64,000 nucleotides of DNA, taken from a virus. The stretch is from the IMG/VR virus record IMGVR_UViG_3300042482_000679. The stretch is one strand, 5' to 3'. The notes below the pieces were generated by a model. It saw nothing but the letters and a program-made list of their open reading frames with translations. It made no database searches and was not told the DNA's origin. Of the stretch, positions 9,292-20,115 are shown in pieces. Each line of letters begins with the position of its first letter. The first letter of the stretch is position 1. The position numbers and the translations under genes were made by a program.

Positions 9292-11277
9292 TTATAAAAT
9301 GTCATAAGATAAATCGTTATTTGGTAATAATGTATAATTCAGGTCATTATTCGGAAGTAATACGAAACCTAAATCGTTATCAGGTATTGATATGTAATAG
9401 AAGTCATTTGCCGGTATAACAATAGTACAATCAATACAATCAGTATCTAATAAATCATACTTATTTTTTAGTAACCTAAAATTGTGTCTAATTTGTGACG
9501 CATCCAAAGGTTCGGTATACATTCTAAACGCACTGATATCACCAATGAAACTACCACCAAAAATCTCTTCTAAATGTATTTCAGTTGTTAAACCTGAATA
9601 GATTGTGTGTTCCAAATCATAATCAGTCAAACACTCAGGGTCTTGTTGATATGTAATTGCCGACAATGTCGGAGCACATCCACCCGAAAAAGTTAAGTTG
9701 TCTTTTAATCCTTGAGTTCCCCCACCTAATGAAATGTTGTATGGAACCCCAATTTGTTTTTCTTTATATGTGTTTAATGGTCGAGCAACAATTTCTTCAA
9801 AATCATCGATAATCATAAATTGTTTACCGTTAACATAAACATAAAGTTTACCTAACCTGTATTTTCTTTGTTGAATCCAATAATCGTTAATTTCAACAAC
9901 ATCCGTTGTTGCGGGAACGTCTTTAGGGTTGTGTGTAATTGGGGGTTCAATTAGGGAGACGCTATTGTTTGCTGTGGTTGCGGTATAAATCTCAGTGACC
10001 AATTGTCCTAATCCACCAAGAGAATATTGGTCCTTACAATCTAACCAATCATTTCTTCTAAACACAACATCAATTTGAACCCAGTGTTCCACATTTGGAT
10101 ATGTTGTTCCTGTACATCCATCAAAAATTCCTTTTGATGAACACCACTCGATTACCGTGGTTCCTGTTACAAATGTTGTTCCTGTTTCACAAGTTCCCGT
10201 TGTAACACAAGAACCCGTTATTAGATACTCTTTAACACAGACTTTAGGGTTACCAGTATCACCGCTAAGTCTAACTGACATACCGTTTGAAACCCCGTCA
10301 TATAACGGGTCTAGTTCAGGATATTCGGCTTTAACCTCACACTGACAAGCACATCCACAACTACAGTTTTTGGATGTTCCTCCTGACATTTGATAAACGT
10401 GAATACACTGATTTGAATTTGTGTAACCTGTTTCGTGACAAAGACAAGTTTTCATACAAGTCAAACCTGATGTTACTCTTGTATATCCTGTGTCACTTTC
10501 AGGACTTCCGTCAGGATAGTGATAAAATTTATTTTCGGCTCTTGTCCCCAAATAGAAGAAGGTACCTTTGTTATTTGGGTATCTATTATTAATACCGACA
10601 CTTGTATCACCTGTCCATCTGTATTTTAATAAAAACTCAGCGGTCCAACCTTGATTAGTTCTAACAGGGAATGTATCATAATCGTATCCTTGTAATTTAA
10701 AAAACCCTTGGAAGAATCCTCCGTTAAGTGTTGCCACGGTTCCGATACGACCGCCAGCATTAGACCAACTTAAATTATAGTTATATGAGTTGTCATTCCA
10801 CAATCTGTTTGAAGGAGTTGTACTACCAGTAATTGGATGCATTTTAAATCTCCTATCGTACTTGTATCTGTTATATGTTTCGGCGGTTGTTGTGTACAGT
10901 CCTGTCGTAATGTCTATTGAAACCCCTGACATTTGTAATGTCAAACCATTGTCAATTCCTGTAAGTCCTACGTCACACAATGTTGACGCACAAACACAAA
11001 AGTTTGGGTCAATGTTTTTTGGGTTGTAATAATTTTCAGAAACTATTGTGTCATATAAAAATTCGTTTCTTAAAGGAGCAATTGTTGTTCCAGTAGAATT
11101 GAAATCAAATTTCAAAGGCATTCTATTACCATCATCTTCAGCGATTAGAAATGGTGAAAAGATAACCTCTTGGTTATAATCTTTTTCGTCAGATGCTAAA
11201 CAAAAATCAGTTACTTGGTTTACCGGTAGTAATCCAATTCTACGATAATTGTATTGATTAATATTTTGATATGCCAT
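9292..11277 (-). CDS. Cys-rich LamG/concanavalin-like virion protein
   Basis: KLYVYVNGK...ISLGGG...FIGDISAFRMYTEPL..SQI LamG-type ending; four 10-aa xPxNDL repeats at the C-terminus. Confidence 0.6.
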   Translation of the reverse strand: MAYQNINQYNYRRIGLLPVNQVTDFCLASDEKDYNQEVIFSPFLIAEDDGNRMPLKFDFNSTGTTIAPLRNEFLYDTIVSENYYNPKNIDPNFCVCASTLCDVGLTGIDNGLTLQMSGVSIDITTGLYTTTAETYNRYKYDRRFKMHPITGSTTPSNRLWNDNSYNYNLSWSNAGGRIGTVATLNGGFFQGFFKLQGYDYDTFPVRTNQGWTAEFLLKYRWTGDTSVGINNRYPNNKGTFFYLGTRAENKFYHYPDGSPESDTGYTRVTSGLTCMKTCLCHETGYTNSNQCIHVYQMSGGTSKNCSCGCACQCEVKAEYPELDPLYDGVSNGMSVRLSGDTGNPKVCVKEYLITGSCVTTGTCETGTTFVTGTTVIEWCSSKGIFDGCTGTTYPNVEHWVQIDVVFRRNDWLDCKDQYSLGGLGQLVTEIYTATTANNSVSLIEPPITHNPKDVPATTDVVEINDYWIQQRKYRLGKLYVYVNGKQFMIIDDFEEIVARPLNTYKEKQIGVPYNISLGGGTQGLKDNLTFSGGCAPTLSAITYQQDPECLTDYDLEHTIYSGLTTEIHLEEIFGGSFIGDISAFRMYTEPLDASQIRHNFRLLKNKYDLLDTDCIDCTIVIPANDFYYISIPDNDLGFVLLPNNDLNYTLLPNNDLSYDIL

Positions 11278-11287
11278 AGTGTATATG

Positions 11288-11315
11288 ATAAATACCCGGG
11301 TTAGATGTATTTATA
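11288..11315. promoter_or_regulatory. Divergent pair of TATTTAT putative late promoters
   Basis: ATAAATA at 11288-11294 (serves minus gene) and TATTTATA at 11308-11315 (serves plus gene). Confidence 0.65.
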
Positions 11316-11328
11316 GATAAAAAAACTG

Positions 11329-12120
11329 ATGATTAATCTTAATGAGGAATATTTCGAATCAGGATACTACTTTCTTTTGAGAGAAAAGAAGGATGGGATA
11401 CATATGTGGTACTCTGTATCTAAGACTATTAATGAAGCCAGAGAACAAGATGATTATATTAAATTCCCAAAAGATATGTTAAGCAAGGTCCAAAAATATT
11501 TGGATAGGTTAACAAAAAATAAAAAGTCAAAAACTCAAAAAGAAGTTAAGAGTGAATTGGAAGAATTGGTCGATGGTGACGGAAACTTAAATTCATCAAG
11601 AGTTCCTATCCTTGACCCAAGATTGTTTCCTAAAAAGACTATGGACCAAACAGTTGCTTCTGCAACACAACCTTCAGGAAACCTATGGTGGACATCAAGA
11701 GGTGGATGGGGTAGGTCTGTTCAAGCCGAAGAAGATATGTCGGGAGCATTTGGGTATGAAGAAACTAAAGATTTACCACCAAAACAAACCATCAAAAAAT
11801 TGGCGGATATGGGTGTTGATAACCCTGTTGAAAGAGCGATTGAATTTGGTAAAGACCCAAAAATCAAGCAATCTAAAAAAGCTCGTGGTAGTAAAATGAG
11901 AATTAGATTACAAGAAAAAGAAGCAATTGATAGTTTCAGAAAAGATGAAATGGAAAAAATTGTAAAAGAAATTTTACTCTCAAAGAAAAAAAATGATAAG
12001 GACCTTACTAAAAAGACAAAAGAAACAAATATGTCCAAAAAAAATAAAATGGATGTTTTAACAAAAAAAATTAGTAAGACATTAAAAAACAACATAATTA
12101 ATTCATCTCGTGAACAGTAA
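11329..12120 (+). CDS. Hypothetical protein (possible internal head protein)
   Basis: Long ORF, charged, LNE/INE motifs. Confidence 0.6.
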   Translation: MINLNEEYFESGYYFLLREKKDGIHMWYSVSKTINEAREQDDYIKFPKDMLSKVQKYLDRLTKNKKSKTQKEVKSELEELVDGDGNLNSSRVPILDPRLFPKKTMDQTVASATQPSGNLWWTSRGGWGRSVQAEEDMSGAFGYEETKDLPPKQTIKKLADMGVDNPVERAIEFGKDPKIKQSKKARGSKMRIRLQEKEAIDSFRKDEMEKIVKEILLSKKKNDKDLTKKTKETNMSKKNKMDVLTKKISKTLKNNIINSSREQ

Positions 12121-12601
12121 TCTTTATAATACTAGTTTAGGTGTTGTTATTTTGCCGGATGAAATAAAAAATCATCTTAGAATTTGTTTTGCCAAAGCCA
12201 AAGGTGCCGATGAAAATACCGAAGGTTTTAATAGAAACAAAGAACTTCAAAACCAAACACAAATCACTTACAAACAATTAAAAAGAATTAAAAACTTTTT
12301 TGATAATTTTAAGGGTAATGACACCGATTTATCTTGGATTTTAAATGGTGAGGGTGTTATGAAATCTTGGGTTGATAACTCGTTAAATCAAATGAGGAAC
12401 AACTCACATCAAAAAAATCAAGAAGATACTAAACCTGATGATTCAAAGGTGACACATAGTGATTTAAAAACTAATATGTCCGACTATATGAGACCATCTA
12501 AACAACACAAAACAACTTCCAAAAAACACTCAACATCTGTTTTTGAATCTAAAGTTGTTGATAACCTTAAAAGGATAAACGAAATAATGTCAAAATTATA
12601 A
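12110..12601 (+). CDS. Hypothetical protein
   Basis: GTG start overlapping the upstream stop; operon context. Confidence 0.6.
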   Translation: MNSNLYNTSLGVVILPDEIKNHLRICFAKAKGADENTEGFNRNKELQNQTQITYKQLKRIKNFFDNFKGNDTDLSWILNGEGVMKSWVDNSLNQMRNNSHQKNQEDTKPDDSKVTHSDLKTNMSDYMRPSKQHKTTSKKHSTSVFESKVVDNLKRINEIMSKL

Positions 12602-12604
12602 TTT

Positions 12605-12904
12605 ATGTCAAGCTCAAGTCCATATAACATTGATTTAAGTCAAACAGAATCAAATCAATTAACAGCAATTGCAGACGCTGAAAGAAAAAAATTAATAACT
12701 CGTAATGATTTTGCACAAAGTGTTGATGAGTATGGTGTGACCAATTCTCAAGCACTTGCAGATGGTGATGAAATGGGTCGTGGTACTGGTGTATTCTTAG
12801 ATGTGTACAATGATACTGCGGGTACCAGCACCGATATTTTTGAAAGAAAAAACGAGATTAAAATTAACAAATACGATAAATTTAAAACATACCCTAATTT
12901 CTAA
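12605..12904 (+). CDS. Hypothetical protein
   Basis: Tight operon packing; TAATG overlap with next gene. Confidence 0.6.
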   Translation: MSSSSPYNIDLSQTESNQLTAIADAERKKLITRNDFAQSVDEYGVTNSQALADGDEMGRGTGVFLDVYNDTAGTSTDIFERKNEIKINKYDKFKTYPNF

Positions 12905-13284
12905 TGAAATTATTGTCCACTTTTAAGGGATTGCTGAATGAGGTTGCGTCACTAGACTCAATCCAAAATGCAATTCGCAATAAACAAAAAGTGGTAATTT
13001 ACTACGATGGTGACGAACCAGGTGGTAAAGGTTTGAGGGTTATCGAACCCGTATGTTTAGGTAGGAGTAAAAGAAATAATTTAGTTTTAAGGGCTTGGGA
13101 CGATGAAGGAGCTTCGCATAGAGGTTACTTAGGTACAAGACCTATGCCGGGATGGAGACTATTTAAAGTCGATAAAATCGTATCTTTCAAACCAACAGGA
13201 GAAAATTTTGAAACTGCAAGACCAAATTACAATCCAAATGGTGACAAAAGTATGATTTCGATTATTATTAATGCAATATTTTAA
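12904..13284 (+). CDS. Stand-alone WYL-domain protein
   Basis: AIRNKQKVVIYY, RVIEPVCLG, LRAWD, WRLFKVDKI pattern. Confidence 0.75.
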   Translation: MKLLSTFKGLLNEVASLDSIQNAIRNKQKVVIYYDGDEPGGKGLRVIEPVCLGRSKRNNLVLRAWDDEGASHRGYLGTRPMPGWRLFKVDKIVSFKPTGENFETARPNYNPNGDKSMISIIINAIF

Positions 13285-13286
13285 TT

Positions 13287-13856
13287 ATGGACATAGAAAA
13301 GTTAATGATGGCAAAGGCCATTATGGATAGAACCAAACAAATGGACTCGGGAGAGGTTGCTAAACCACAACAAAGAATGCAACTAGAAAATTTTGATGCT
13401 CCACAAGCCAAATACAATTTACCAAGTGATTTAATGGAAGGTATTGGTCAACCACAAATGAACATACCTACCAAACAAAATAATGGTATGGGTTTTAGTA
13501 AACCATCGGTAGATGCAATTAAGAAATCTAAGTTACCAGATGAGATTAAAAGATTAATGATTGAACACCCAATCGACAATCCAAATACAATGTCGGGTCC
13601 AACATTATCTGATGACTTAATTGAAAAGGCATCAAGACTTATGGGCACTAAACCACAAGTTAACGAACAATCACAACCTCAAACCGTATCAAGTAATTCA
13701 GATATTAAAAAAATGGTAAAAGAAGCGGTACGTGAAATTTTGTCTGAAAGTGGTTTAATTACTGAATCTACAGAAAAGTCGAATGATGTTTTTACATTTA
13801 GAGTTGGTAAACACCTTTTTGAAGGTAAGCTGACCAAAATTAAAAAAATGAGATAG
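13287..13856 (+). CDS. Hypothetical protein
   Basis: ORF in operon; VKEAVREILSE motif. Confidence 0.6.
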   Translation: MDIEKLMMAKAIMDRTKQMDSGEVAKPQQRMQLENFDAPQAKYNLPSDLMEGIGQPQMNIPTKQNNGMGFSKPSVDAIKKSKLPDEIKRLMIEHPIDNPNTMSGPTLSDDLIEKASRLMGTKPQVNEQSQPQTVSSNSDIKKMVKEAVREILSESGLITESTEKSNDVFTFRVGKHLFEGKLTKIKKMR

Positions 13857-13910
13857 TCCTTTCTTATTATGATTTGAATTCGTATATTTTAGTTTAAAGT
13901 ATACGATATT

Positions 13911-15128
13911 ATGTCAAAAATTAATGTTTTATGTGTCCCATCTGACCGTTCAGGTGTTGGCAAATTCAGGTCGTTAGACCCCCACATTTTTCTTCAAAAT
14001 CAATATCCCGAGGATTTTTTTGTTGAGATTGATTACAATCCACCTATGAATGATTTGAATTTCTATAAGAAATTCCAAATTGTACATTTCCATAGAAGTA
14101 TCACAGGAGACTTTGATGCATCTAAAAAGTTAGTTGAGGAACTAAATAAAATGGGTGTTATCACAATTTGTGATATCGATGACTATTGGATGCCAAGCAA
14201 AGACCACCCAATTCACGATGTTATTATGTATAATAAAATCAATGAAAGAATTGTTGAAAGTCTTAAAGGGGCACAATACGTAACAACAACCACCACTTTA
14301 TTCGCAGATGAAATTAAAAAGATTAATAAAAATGTGTTTGTATTACCAAACGCAGTTAATCCCGAAGAACCACAATTCAAAGAAGTAACACCCGAATCTG
14401 ATAGACTCAGAATTGGTTGGTTAGGTGGTTCATCACATATGGGTGATTTGAAGTTGTTAGACAACTCATTTAATAAATTACTCCAATTCAAAGATAAAGT
14501 TCAATATGTTCTTTGTGGGTTTGACACAAGAGGTACGATTACTGAAATTAACGGTCAAACAGGTGAACAGAAGAAAAGACAAATTCTTCCTCACGAAACT
14601 GTGTGGGCTAGATACGAAGAAATCTTTACACAAAACTATAAAGTTGTTTCAGAAGATTTTAAAAATCATTTGATGAAGTTTGAACAAGGTGAAAAACCTG
14701 AGTTTTTAGGGGAGGGTTACCGTCGTGTTTGGACACTTCCTGTTACATCATATGCTAAAAATTATTCTAAGATGGACGTTTCATTGGCCCCAATCAAAAA
14801 CCATATGTTTAACAGAATGAAGTCTCAACTTAAAGTTATTGAGGCGGGATTCTATAAAAAAGCTGTTGTGGCGTCTGATTTGGGTCCCTACACACTTGAT
14901 TTGACACACTCATTAGACAAACACGGTAAGTTTACAGATGGTAACGCGCTACTAGTTAGTGAATACTCAAACGCTCACGATTGGGCTAAATATTTGGAGA
15001 AATTAATCAAAAACCGTAATTTTGCTACTGACTTGGGTGAGAGATTGTATGAGTCTGTTAAAGACAAATATGATTTGAAAAATGTCACTAAAGACCGAGC
15101 AGAATTGTACAAAAGTTTAATTAAATAA
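13911..15128 (+). CDS. GT-B (GT4-like) glycosyltransferase
   Basis: DIDDYW, IGWLGGSSH, FNRMKSQLKVIEAG, VVASD. Confidence 0.8.
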   Translation: MSKINVLCVPSDRSGVGKFRSLDPHIFLQNQYPEDFFVEIDYNPPMNDLNFYKKFQIVHFHRSITGDFDASKKLVEELNKMGVITICDIDDYWMPSKDHPIHDVIMYNKINERIVESLKGAQYVTTTTTLFADEIKKINKNVFVLPNAVNPEEPQFKEVTPESDRLRIGWLGGSSHMGDLKLLDNSFNKLLQFKDKVQYVLCGFDTRGTITEINGQTGEQKKRQILPHETVWARYEEIFTQNYKVVSEDFKNHLMKFEQGEKPEFLGEGYRRVWTLPVTSYAKNYSKMDVSLAPIKNHMFNRMKSQLKVIEAGFYKKAVVASDLGPYTLDLTHSLDKHGKFTDGNALLVSEYSNAHDWAKYLEKLIKNRNFATDLGERLYESVKDKYDLKNVTKDRAELYKSLIK

Positions 15129-15129
15129 T

Positions 15130-15849
15130 ATGATTAAGATTCCATTACCTAAAATTCTTTTTCTTGACATTGAGACTGTCGGACTAACAAAAGACTATGA
15201 CCATTGCAAAAAGGAATACCCAAAAATTGCCGAACAATTTGATAAGTATTTTGATTGGTTTTTGAAAAGGTTCCCTGAAGACCAACTGATTGGTAAAAAC
15301 GAAGATGAACAAAAAAATCTTGTGTTTTCTTCACGAGCAGCTTTGGTTCCTGAATTTGCAAAGATTGTTTGTATCAGTGTTGCGTTTGTTATGGAAAATG
15401 GTGATATTAAGAAACAAACATTCCACAACGATAATGAACAACACTTGTTGGTGGATTGTCAAAAGTTACTTGACCGTTGTGGTAGATTAGAATTTTGGTT
15501 GTGTGGACATAACCTTAAGAACTTTGATATTCCTATGATGGCAAAAAGAATGATTATCAACGGATTAATGCCACCATCAATCTTACCGTCTTATGACACA
15601 AAACCTTGGGAGATTAGAGCGATTGACACCAAAGAAATTTGGCAATACGGTGCATACACAGCAATTGGTTCTTTGGACCTTATGTGTACCTGTATGGACG
15701 TTCCATCTCCTAAAGAAGGTGAGGTTACAGGGGCTAAGGTTCACGACGCGTATTGGAATAAAGGTATGTTAAAAGAAATTGCCGAATATTGTGAAAGAGA
15801 TGTTCAGGTATTAATTGATGTTGTTCAAAAATTAAAAGCACTTATATGA
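15130..15849 (+). CDS. 3'-5' exonuclease (PolB exo-like, DEDD)
   Basis: FLDIET, GHNLKNFD, YCERDV motifs. Confidence 0.85.
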   Translation: MIKIPLPKILFLDIETVGLTKDYDHCKKEYPKIAEQFDKYFDWFLKRFPEDQLIGKNEDEQKNLVFSSRAALVPEFAKIVCISVAFVMENGDIKKQTFHNDNEQHLLVDCQKLLDRCGRLEFWLCGHNLKNFDIPMMAKRMIINGLMPPSILPSYDTKPWEIRAIDTKEIWQYGAYTAIGSLDLMCTCMDVPSPKEGEVTGAKVHDAYWNKGMLKEIAEYCERDVQVLIDVVQKLKALI

Positions 15850-16454
15850 TTGATTTTGAATCAGACCCAGAATTAAACGATGAGATTAAAAGACTCTTCG
15901 ACGAAATTAAAAATTTTAAAGACGAGAATGATGATGAGGATTTGATGTCCGAAATTGAATCCCGTTTAGGTTTACCTTTTGACGAATTTGAAAAGTTATT
16001 AGGGGACGCCTTAACAAAAAAACCATTGTTCTATAAAAAACTACACGAAGATGCTGTAGACCCAAAGTACGCATATGAAACCGATTCAGGTTTTGATTTA
16101 CACAGTGTAGAAGAAATCCATTTCTTACCATTTGAACGTAAGTTAGTTCCAACAGGATTATCATTTGATATTCCTGAAGGTTTTGAAATTCAAGTAAGAA
16201 CTAAAAGTGGGTTGGCAATTAAACAAGGACTTATGGTTTTGAATAGTCCTGGAACTGTAGACCAAGGATACACAGGTGAGGTCAAAGTTATTCTAATGAA
16301 TATGAATAATATGGCGGTTACCGTTGAAAAAGGACAGAAGGTTGCTCAAGGCGTTTTATGTCCTGTAGAATCAGGTAAAAAAGTTTCTTTGGTGGAAGAT
16401 GAATTTGAGGATAAAGAACGTGGTTCAAATGGATTTGGTTCAACAGGAATTTAA
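15846..16454 (+). CDS. dut: dUTPase with acidic N-terminal extension
   Basis: SGFDL, RTKSGLA, NSPGTVDQGYTGE, RGSNGFGSTG. Confidence 0.95.
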   Translation: MIDFESDPELNDEIKRLFDEIKNFKDENDDEDLMSEIESRLGLPFDEFEKLLGDALTKKPLFYKKLHEDAVDPKYAYETDSGFDLHSVEEIHFLPFERKLVPTGLSFDIPEGFEIQVRTKSGLAIKQGLMVLNSPGTVDQGYTGEVKVILMNMNNMAVTVEKGQKVAQGVLCPVESGKKVSLVEDEFEDKERGSNGFGSTGI

Positions 16455-16464
16455 AAAATAAGAT

Positions 16465-18084
16465 ATGATTACTATTGGATATTCTACCCGAGAAAGTAAA
16501 CCTGAGTTTATTGAATACTTAAAAACCTCATCAGGTTATGCCAAAAATGTTAGGGTTATTGAGAAAGTTAATAATGGTGAAAAATCACTATCACAAGTTT
16601 ATAATGAAATTTTAAATGAAAGTGAAACTGATATTGTAATCTTTTGTCACGATGATATCTATTTTGATAGTACTGGATGGTATCATAAAATACTAAAACA
16701 TTTTGAAAAAACAGATTACGGAATTTTAGGTGTTGCTGGTACCAAATTTATGAGTGAAAATGGTACTTGGTGGTCCGACAGAAGAAAGATGTATGGTGTT
16801 GTTAATCACGAAAGTGGGGGTAAAAAATGGGAATCAAAATACTCCACATCATTAGGAAACGGTATCGATGATGTTGTTGTTCTTGACGGTGTTTTTTTAG
16901 TGGTTCATAAGAATAGAATTAATCATAACTTTGTCGAAGAATTTGAGGGATTTCACTTCTACGATATTCCATTTTGTTTTGAGAACTTTTTAAGTGGTGT
17001 AAAACTTGGTGTTATGTATAACGTAAGAATTACTCACAAATCAGTTGGTATGACTAACGAACAATGGGAGATAAATCGAAAAAAATTCGAGGAAAAATAC
17101 AATCAACATCTACCACAAAAATTGGCATTAGACCCTAAGACAAAATTAAAGATTTTGTTTACTTGTTTATCATTTAAAACATTGACAGGTTCTGAACTTT
17201 ATGTATACCAATTAGCCAAGTCACTTAAGAAAATGGGACACGATGTTTCTGTTATGTCAGAAATTGGTGGTCCTTTAACTGATATGGCAAAAAAAGATGG
17301 TATCAAAGTTTATTCAATTAGAGAACCTTTGGGCTATAAATTAGGAGATGGAAAGTGGAGTTTTCAAAATGGTGAAATTTCACAACCAAATGTCCTATAC
17401 CCTGTTGGAGAATTGATGGTAGATTTAATTCACACTCAACACAAACCAATCACAGAACATATTTGTAGACTTTATCCAAACATACCAAAAATATCCACAA
17501 TACATTCTGAAGTAATTGATTTGGAAATTCCATATGTTCACGAATCTATTAAAAAATACATTGCAATCAGACCTGAAATTAAAGATTATTTGATTACTGA
17601 ACACTCAATCGACGAGGAAAAAATTAAAGTAATTTACAACCCAATTGATAATACAAAATTTAAATCATCGACAACAAGTGAGGATTATGTTCTGTTTGTC
17701 GGTACTTTAGATTATTTGAGAAAAAATACAATTTTTGATTTAGTTGAGAAAACTAAAGAAAGGGGTTTGAAATTAGTGGTTGTTGGTGAAGATAAATCAA
17801 TTTATTTAAACGAATTAAAAAGTCACTCTCACGTAGAATATTATCCTGCGACTTGGTCGGTTGAGAAATATGTTTCAAAGTGTAAAGAAACTGCAGGTAT
17901 TCAATTAGGGAGAACAACTATTGAAGGTTGGATTTCAGGTAAACCAGGTTGGATTTATAAAGTCGATGCTCAAGGGAATATAATGGATATTGAGTATCAC
18001 GAACCCCCAACTGATGTGGATAAATACTATTCGGAAAATGTTACTAAACAAGTAATTGATGAATATCTTTATTCGGTAGTTTAA
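16465..18084 (+). CDS. GT-A (glycosyltransferase-like) plus GT-B fusion
   Basis: FCHDDI, LDGVF, FHFYD in N-term; GSELY..LAKSLKKMGHDV and VIYNPID in C-term. Confidence 0.75.
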   Translation: MITIGYSTRESKPEFIEYLKTSSGYAKNVRVIEKVNNGEKSLSQVYNEILNESETDIVIFCHDDIYFDSTGWYHKILKHFEKTDYGILGVAGTKFMSENGTWWSDRRKMYGVVNHESGGKKWESKYSTSLGNGIDDVVVLDGVFLVVHKNRINHNFVEEFEGFHFYDIPFCFENFLSGVKLGVMYNVRITHKSVGMTNEQWEINRKKFEEKYNQHLPQKLALDPKTKLKILFTCLSFKTLTGSELYVYQLAKSLKKMGHDVSVMSEIGGPLTDMAKKDGIKVYSIREPLGYKLGDGKWSFQNGEISQPNVLYPVGELMVDLIHTQHKPITEHICRLYPNIPKISTIHSEVIDLEIPYVHESIKKYIAIRPEIKDYLITEHSIDEEKIKVIYNPIDNTKFKSSTTSEDYVLFVGTLDYLRKNTIFDLVEKTKERGLKLVVVGEDKSIYLNELKSHSHVEYYPATWSVEKYVSKCKETAGIQLGRTTIEGWISGKPGWIYKVDAQGNIMDIEYHEPPTDVDKYYSENVTKQVIDEYLYSVV

Positions 18085-18135
18085 AGTCCTTATTTATTTT
18101 TACTAAAAAATTATTATTTTAGTATAAAAATTAAT

Positions 18136-20112
18136 ATGATAGTTCTTACAACAACATATAATTGTGAAAATTTTGTAGAAAGGTCTTTACTGAGTATAAT
18201 GAGTCAACGTTTTAAAAACTTTACTTGTTATATTACTGATGATATGTCTACCGACAATACAGTGTCAATAATCAAAGAGACTATTAAGGGTGACGATAGA
18301 TTTGTATTGATTGAAAATACAAAAAAGATGTATCAACCAGGAAATTACGACCAAGTAATCAGAGGTTTAAACATACCTGATGATGAGGTTTGTGTTGAAG
18401 TAGATGGTGATGATTGGTTACCTAATTCAAATGTATTAGGGTTTATTGACGATGTTTATAAAAACCCTGATATTTGGATGACAAGTGGTTCATTTAAGTA
18501 TCACGATGGTAGACTTGGTTTTGCAAAAAAACCACATAATTTATTAGACATTAGAAAACAAACTTTTACCCTAACGCATTTAAGAACTTGGAAATCTTGG
18601 TTATGGAAAAAAATTGAGCAGTCTGATTTAATGGATTCTAATGGCGAATATTGGTCGGTTGCTGGGGATTTATCATTTATGTTTCCAATGGTTGAGATGT
18701 CAGGCGAAAAACACTTTAAGTTCATACCTGAAATTTTATACGTCTATAACGAATCAAACCCGTTAAATGACCATAAAGTTAATATGTCAGTTGTGAATAA
18801 TACAACGTCAATAATTAGGAATAAGAAACCATACAAAAGATTATCAGGTTCCGAATCAACAAACCCACACGATTTAATTACAAATCAAAGATTTGATGTG
18901 ATTGTTAAATATCTTTACGCACAATCTATAATTAAAAATTATCAGACAGATACGTACAAAAATTTATACAAAGAACATTTAATAAAATGGAATAATTGTT
19001 TTGAAATTTCAAACCCATCAAAAAATTCATTCGAGGTATTTGACAATACTTTTAAAGATATTATCACTAATATAAGTGAGAATGGATTTGACCCACAAAT
19101 ATCAAAAATCCCTGTGGTGAATGATAAATATATTGTTAATGGTGCTCACAGATTGGCCGCGAGTTTAGCTTTAAATAAGAATGTTTTTACTGAAGAATCT
19201 ACAAGTATTAAAGACGGTCAACTAATTTGTTCTTGGGAGGGTGAATTCAAAAAATTAAATTTAAGTGAAACTCTATGTGATAGAGTTGCTCTTGAATACG
19301 CAAAATTAAAAAATAACACTTATATTGTTAGCGTTTTTCCATCAACAGGAGGGAATATCGAAGTACCTCTTTCTATTCTAAAAAAATACGGTTCTGTATT
19401 TTATTACAAACAAATAAAATTAGAAAAGAACGGTCCTCTAAACTTTATGAGAGAGTTATATGCCGGTGAACAATGGGCTGGTAATCATCAAAACAATTAC
19501 ATTGGTTATAGACAGAAAGAAGGTTTGTGTTTTACACAAAACGCACCTGTAACAATCTTCTTAGTTGAATTTGATAGTGTTGAGCAGTCTGTAAGAGCTA
19601 AAGAAGAAATTAGGAATCGTTTTAATATAGGAAAACATTCTGTTCATATAAATGACACTCACGACCAAACTATCAGACTTTCACAATGTGTATTTAATCA
19701 GAACTCAATAAAATTTATGTGTGATAGTACCCCATCAGATTACAGAAAATTTGATGGTTTATTAAATAGTTTTAAAAAATATATTGAGGATAATAATTTA
19801 GATATTGATGAATATGCGGTAACCGCAAGTTCAATACTATCAATCTATGGTCTTAGAGAAGGTAAAGACTTAGATTATATCCACACAAAATCAGCACCGT
19901 TAATTAAAGTAAGTGATGATATACAATCTCATAATTCATATGGTATTGGTAGATATGAACTTAATTATGATGAAATAATTCACAATCCAGTTAATCATTT
20001 CTATTCGAGAGGGGTCAAATTTGTTTCCCCAAAAATAATAAAAGATATGAAAGAAAAGAGGAACGAACCGAAAGATATTAACGATATAAACCTATTAAAT
20101 AGTATATTGTAA
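18136..20112 (+). CDS. GT2 glycosyltransferase fused to ParB/Srx-like and nucleotidyltransferase-like regions
   Basis: TYN, DDMSTD, VDGDDW; later IVNGAHRLA and LSIYGLREGKDLD. Confidence 0.7.
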   Translation: MIVLTTTYNCENFVERSLLSIMSQRFKNFTCYITDDMSTDNTVSIIKETIKGDDRFVLIENTKKMYQPGNYDQVIRGLNIPDDEVCVEVDGDDWLPNSNVLGFIDDVYKNPDIWMTSGSFKYHDGRLGFAKKPHNLLDIRKQTFTLTHLRTWKSWLWKKIEQSDLMDSNGEYWSVAGDLSFMFPMVEMSGEKHFKFIPEILYVYNESNPLNDHKVNMSVVNNTTSIIRNKKPYKRLSGSESTNPHDLITNQRFDVIVKYLYAQSIIKNYQTDTYKNLYKEHLIKWNNCFEISNPSKNSFEVFDNTFKDIITNISENGFDPQISKIPVVNDKYIVNGAHRLAASLALNKNVFTEESTSIKDGQLICSWEGEFKKLNLSETLCDRVALEYAKLKNNTYIVSVFPSTGGNIEVPLSILKKYGSVFYYKQIKLEKNGPLNFMRELYAGEQWAGNHQNNYIGYRQKEGLCFTQNAPVTIFLVEFDSVEQSVRAKEEIRNRFNIGKHSVHINDTHDQTIRLSQCVFNQNSIKFMCDSTPSDYRKFDGLLNSFKKYIEDNNLDIDEYAVTASSILSIYGLREGKDLDYIHTKSAPLIKVSDDIQSHNSYGIGRYELNYDEIIHNPVNHFYSRGVKFVSPKIIKDMKEKRNEPKDINDINLLNSIL

Positions 20113-20115
20113 AAT

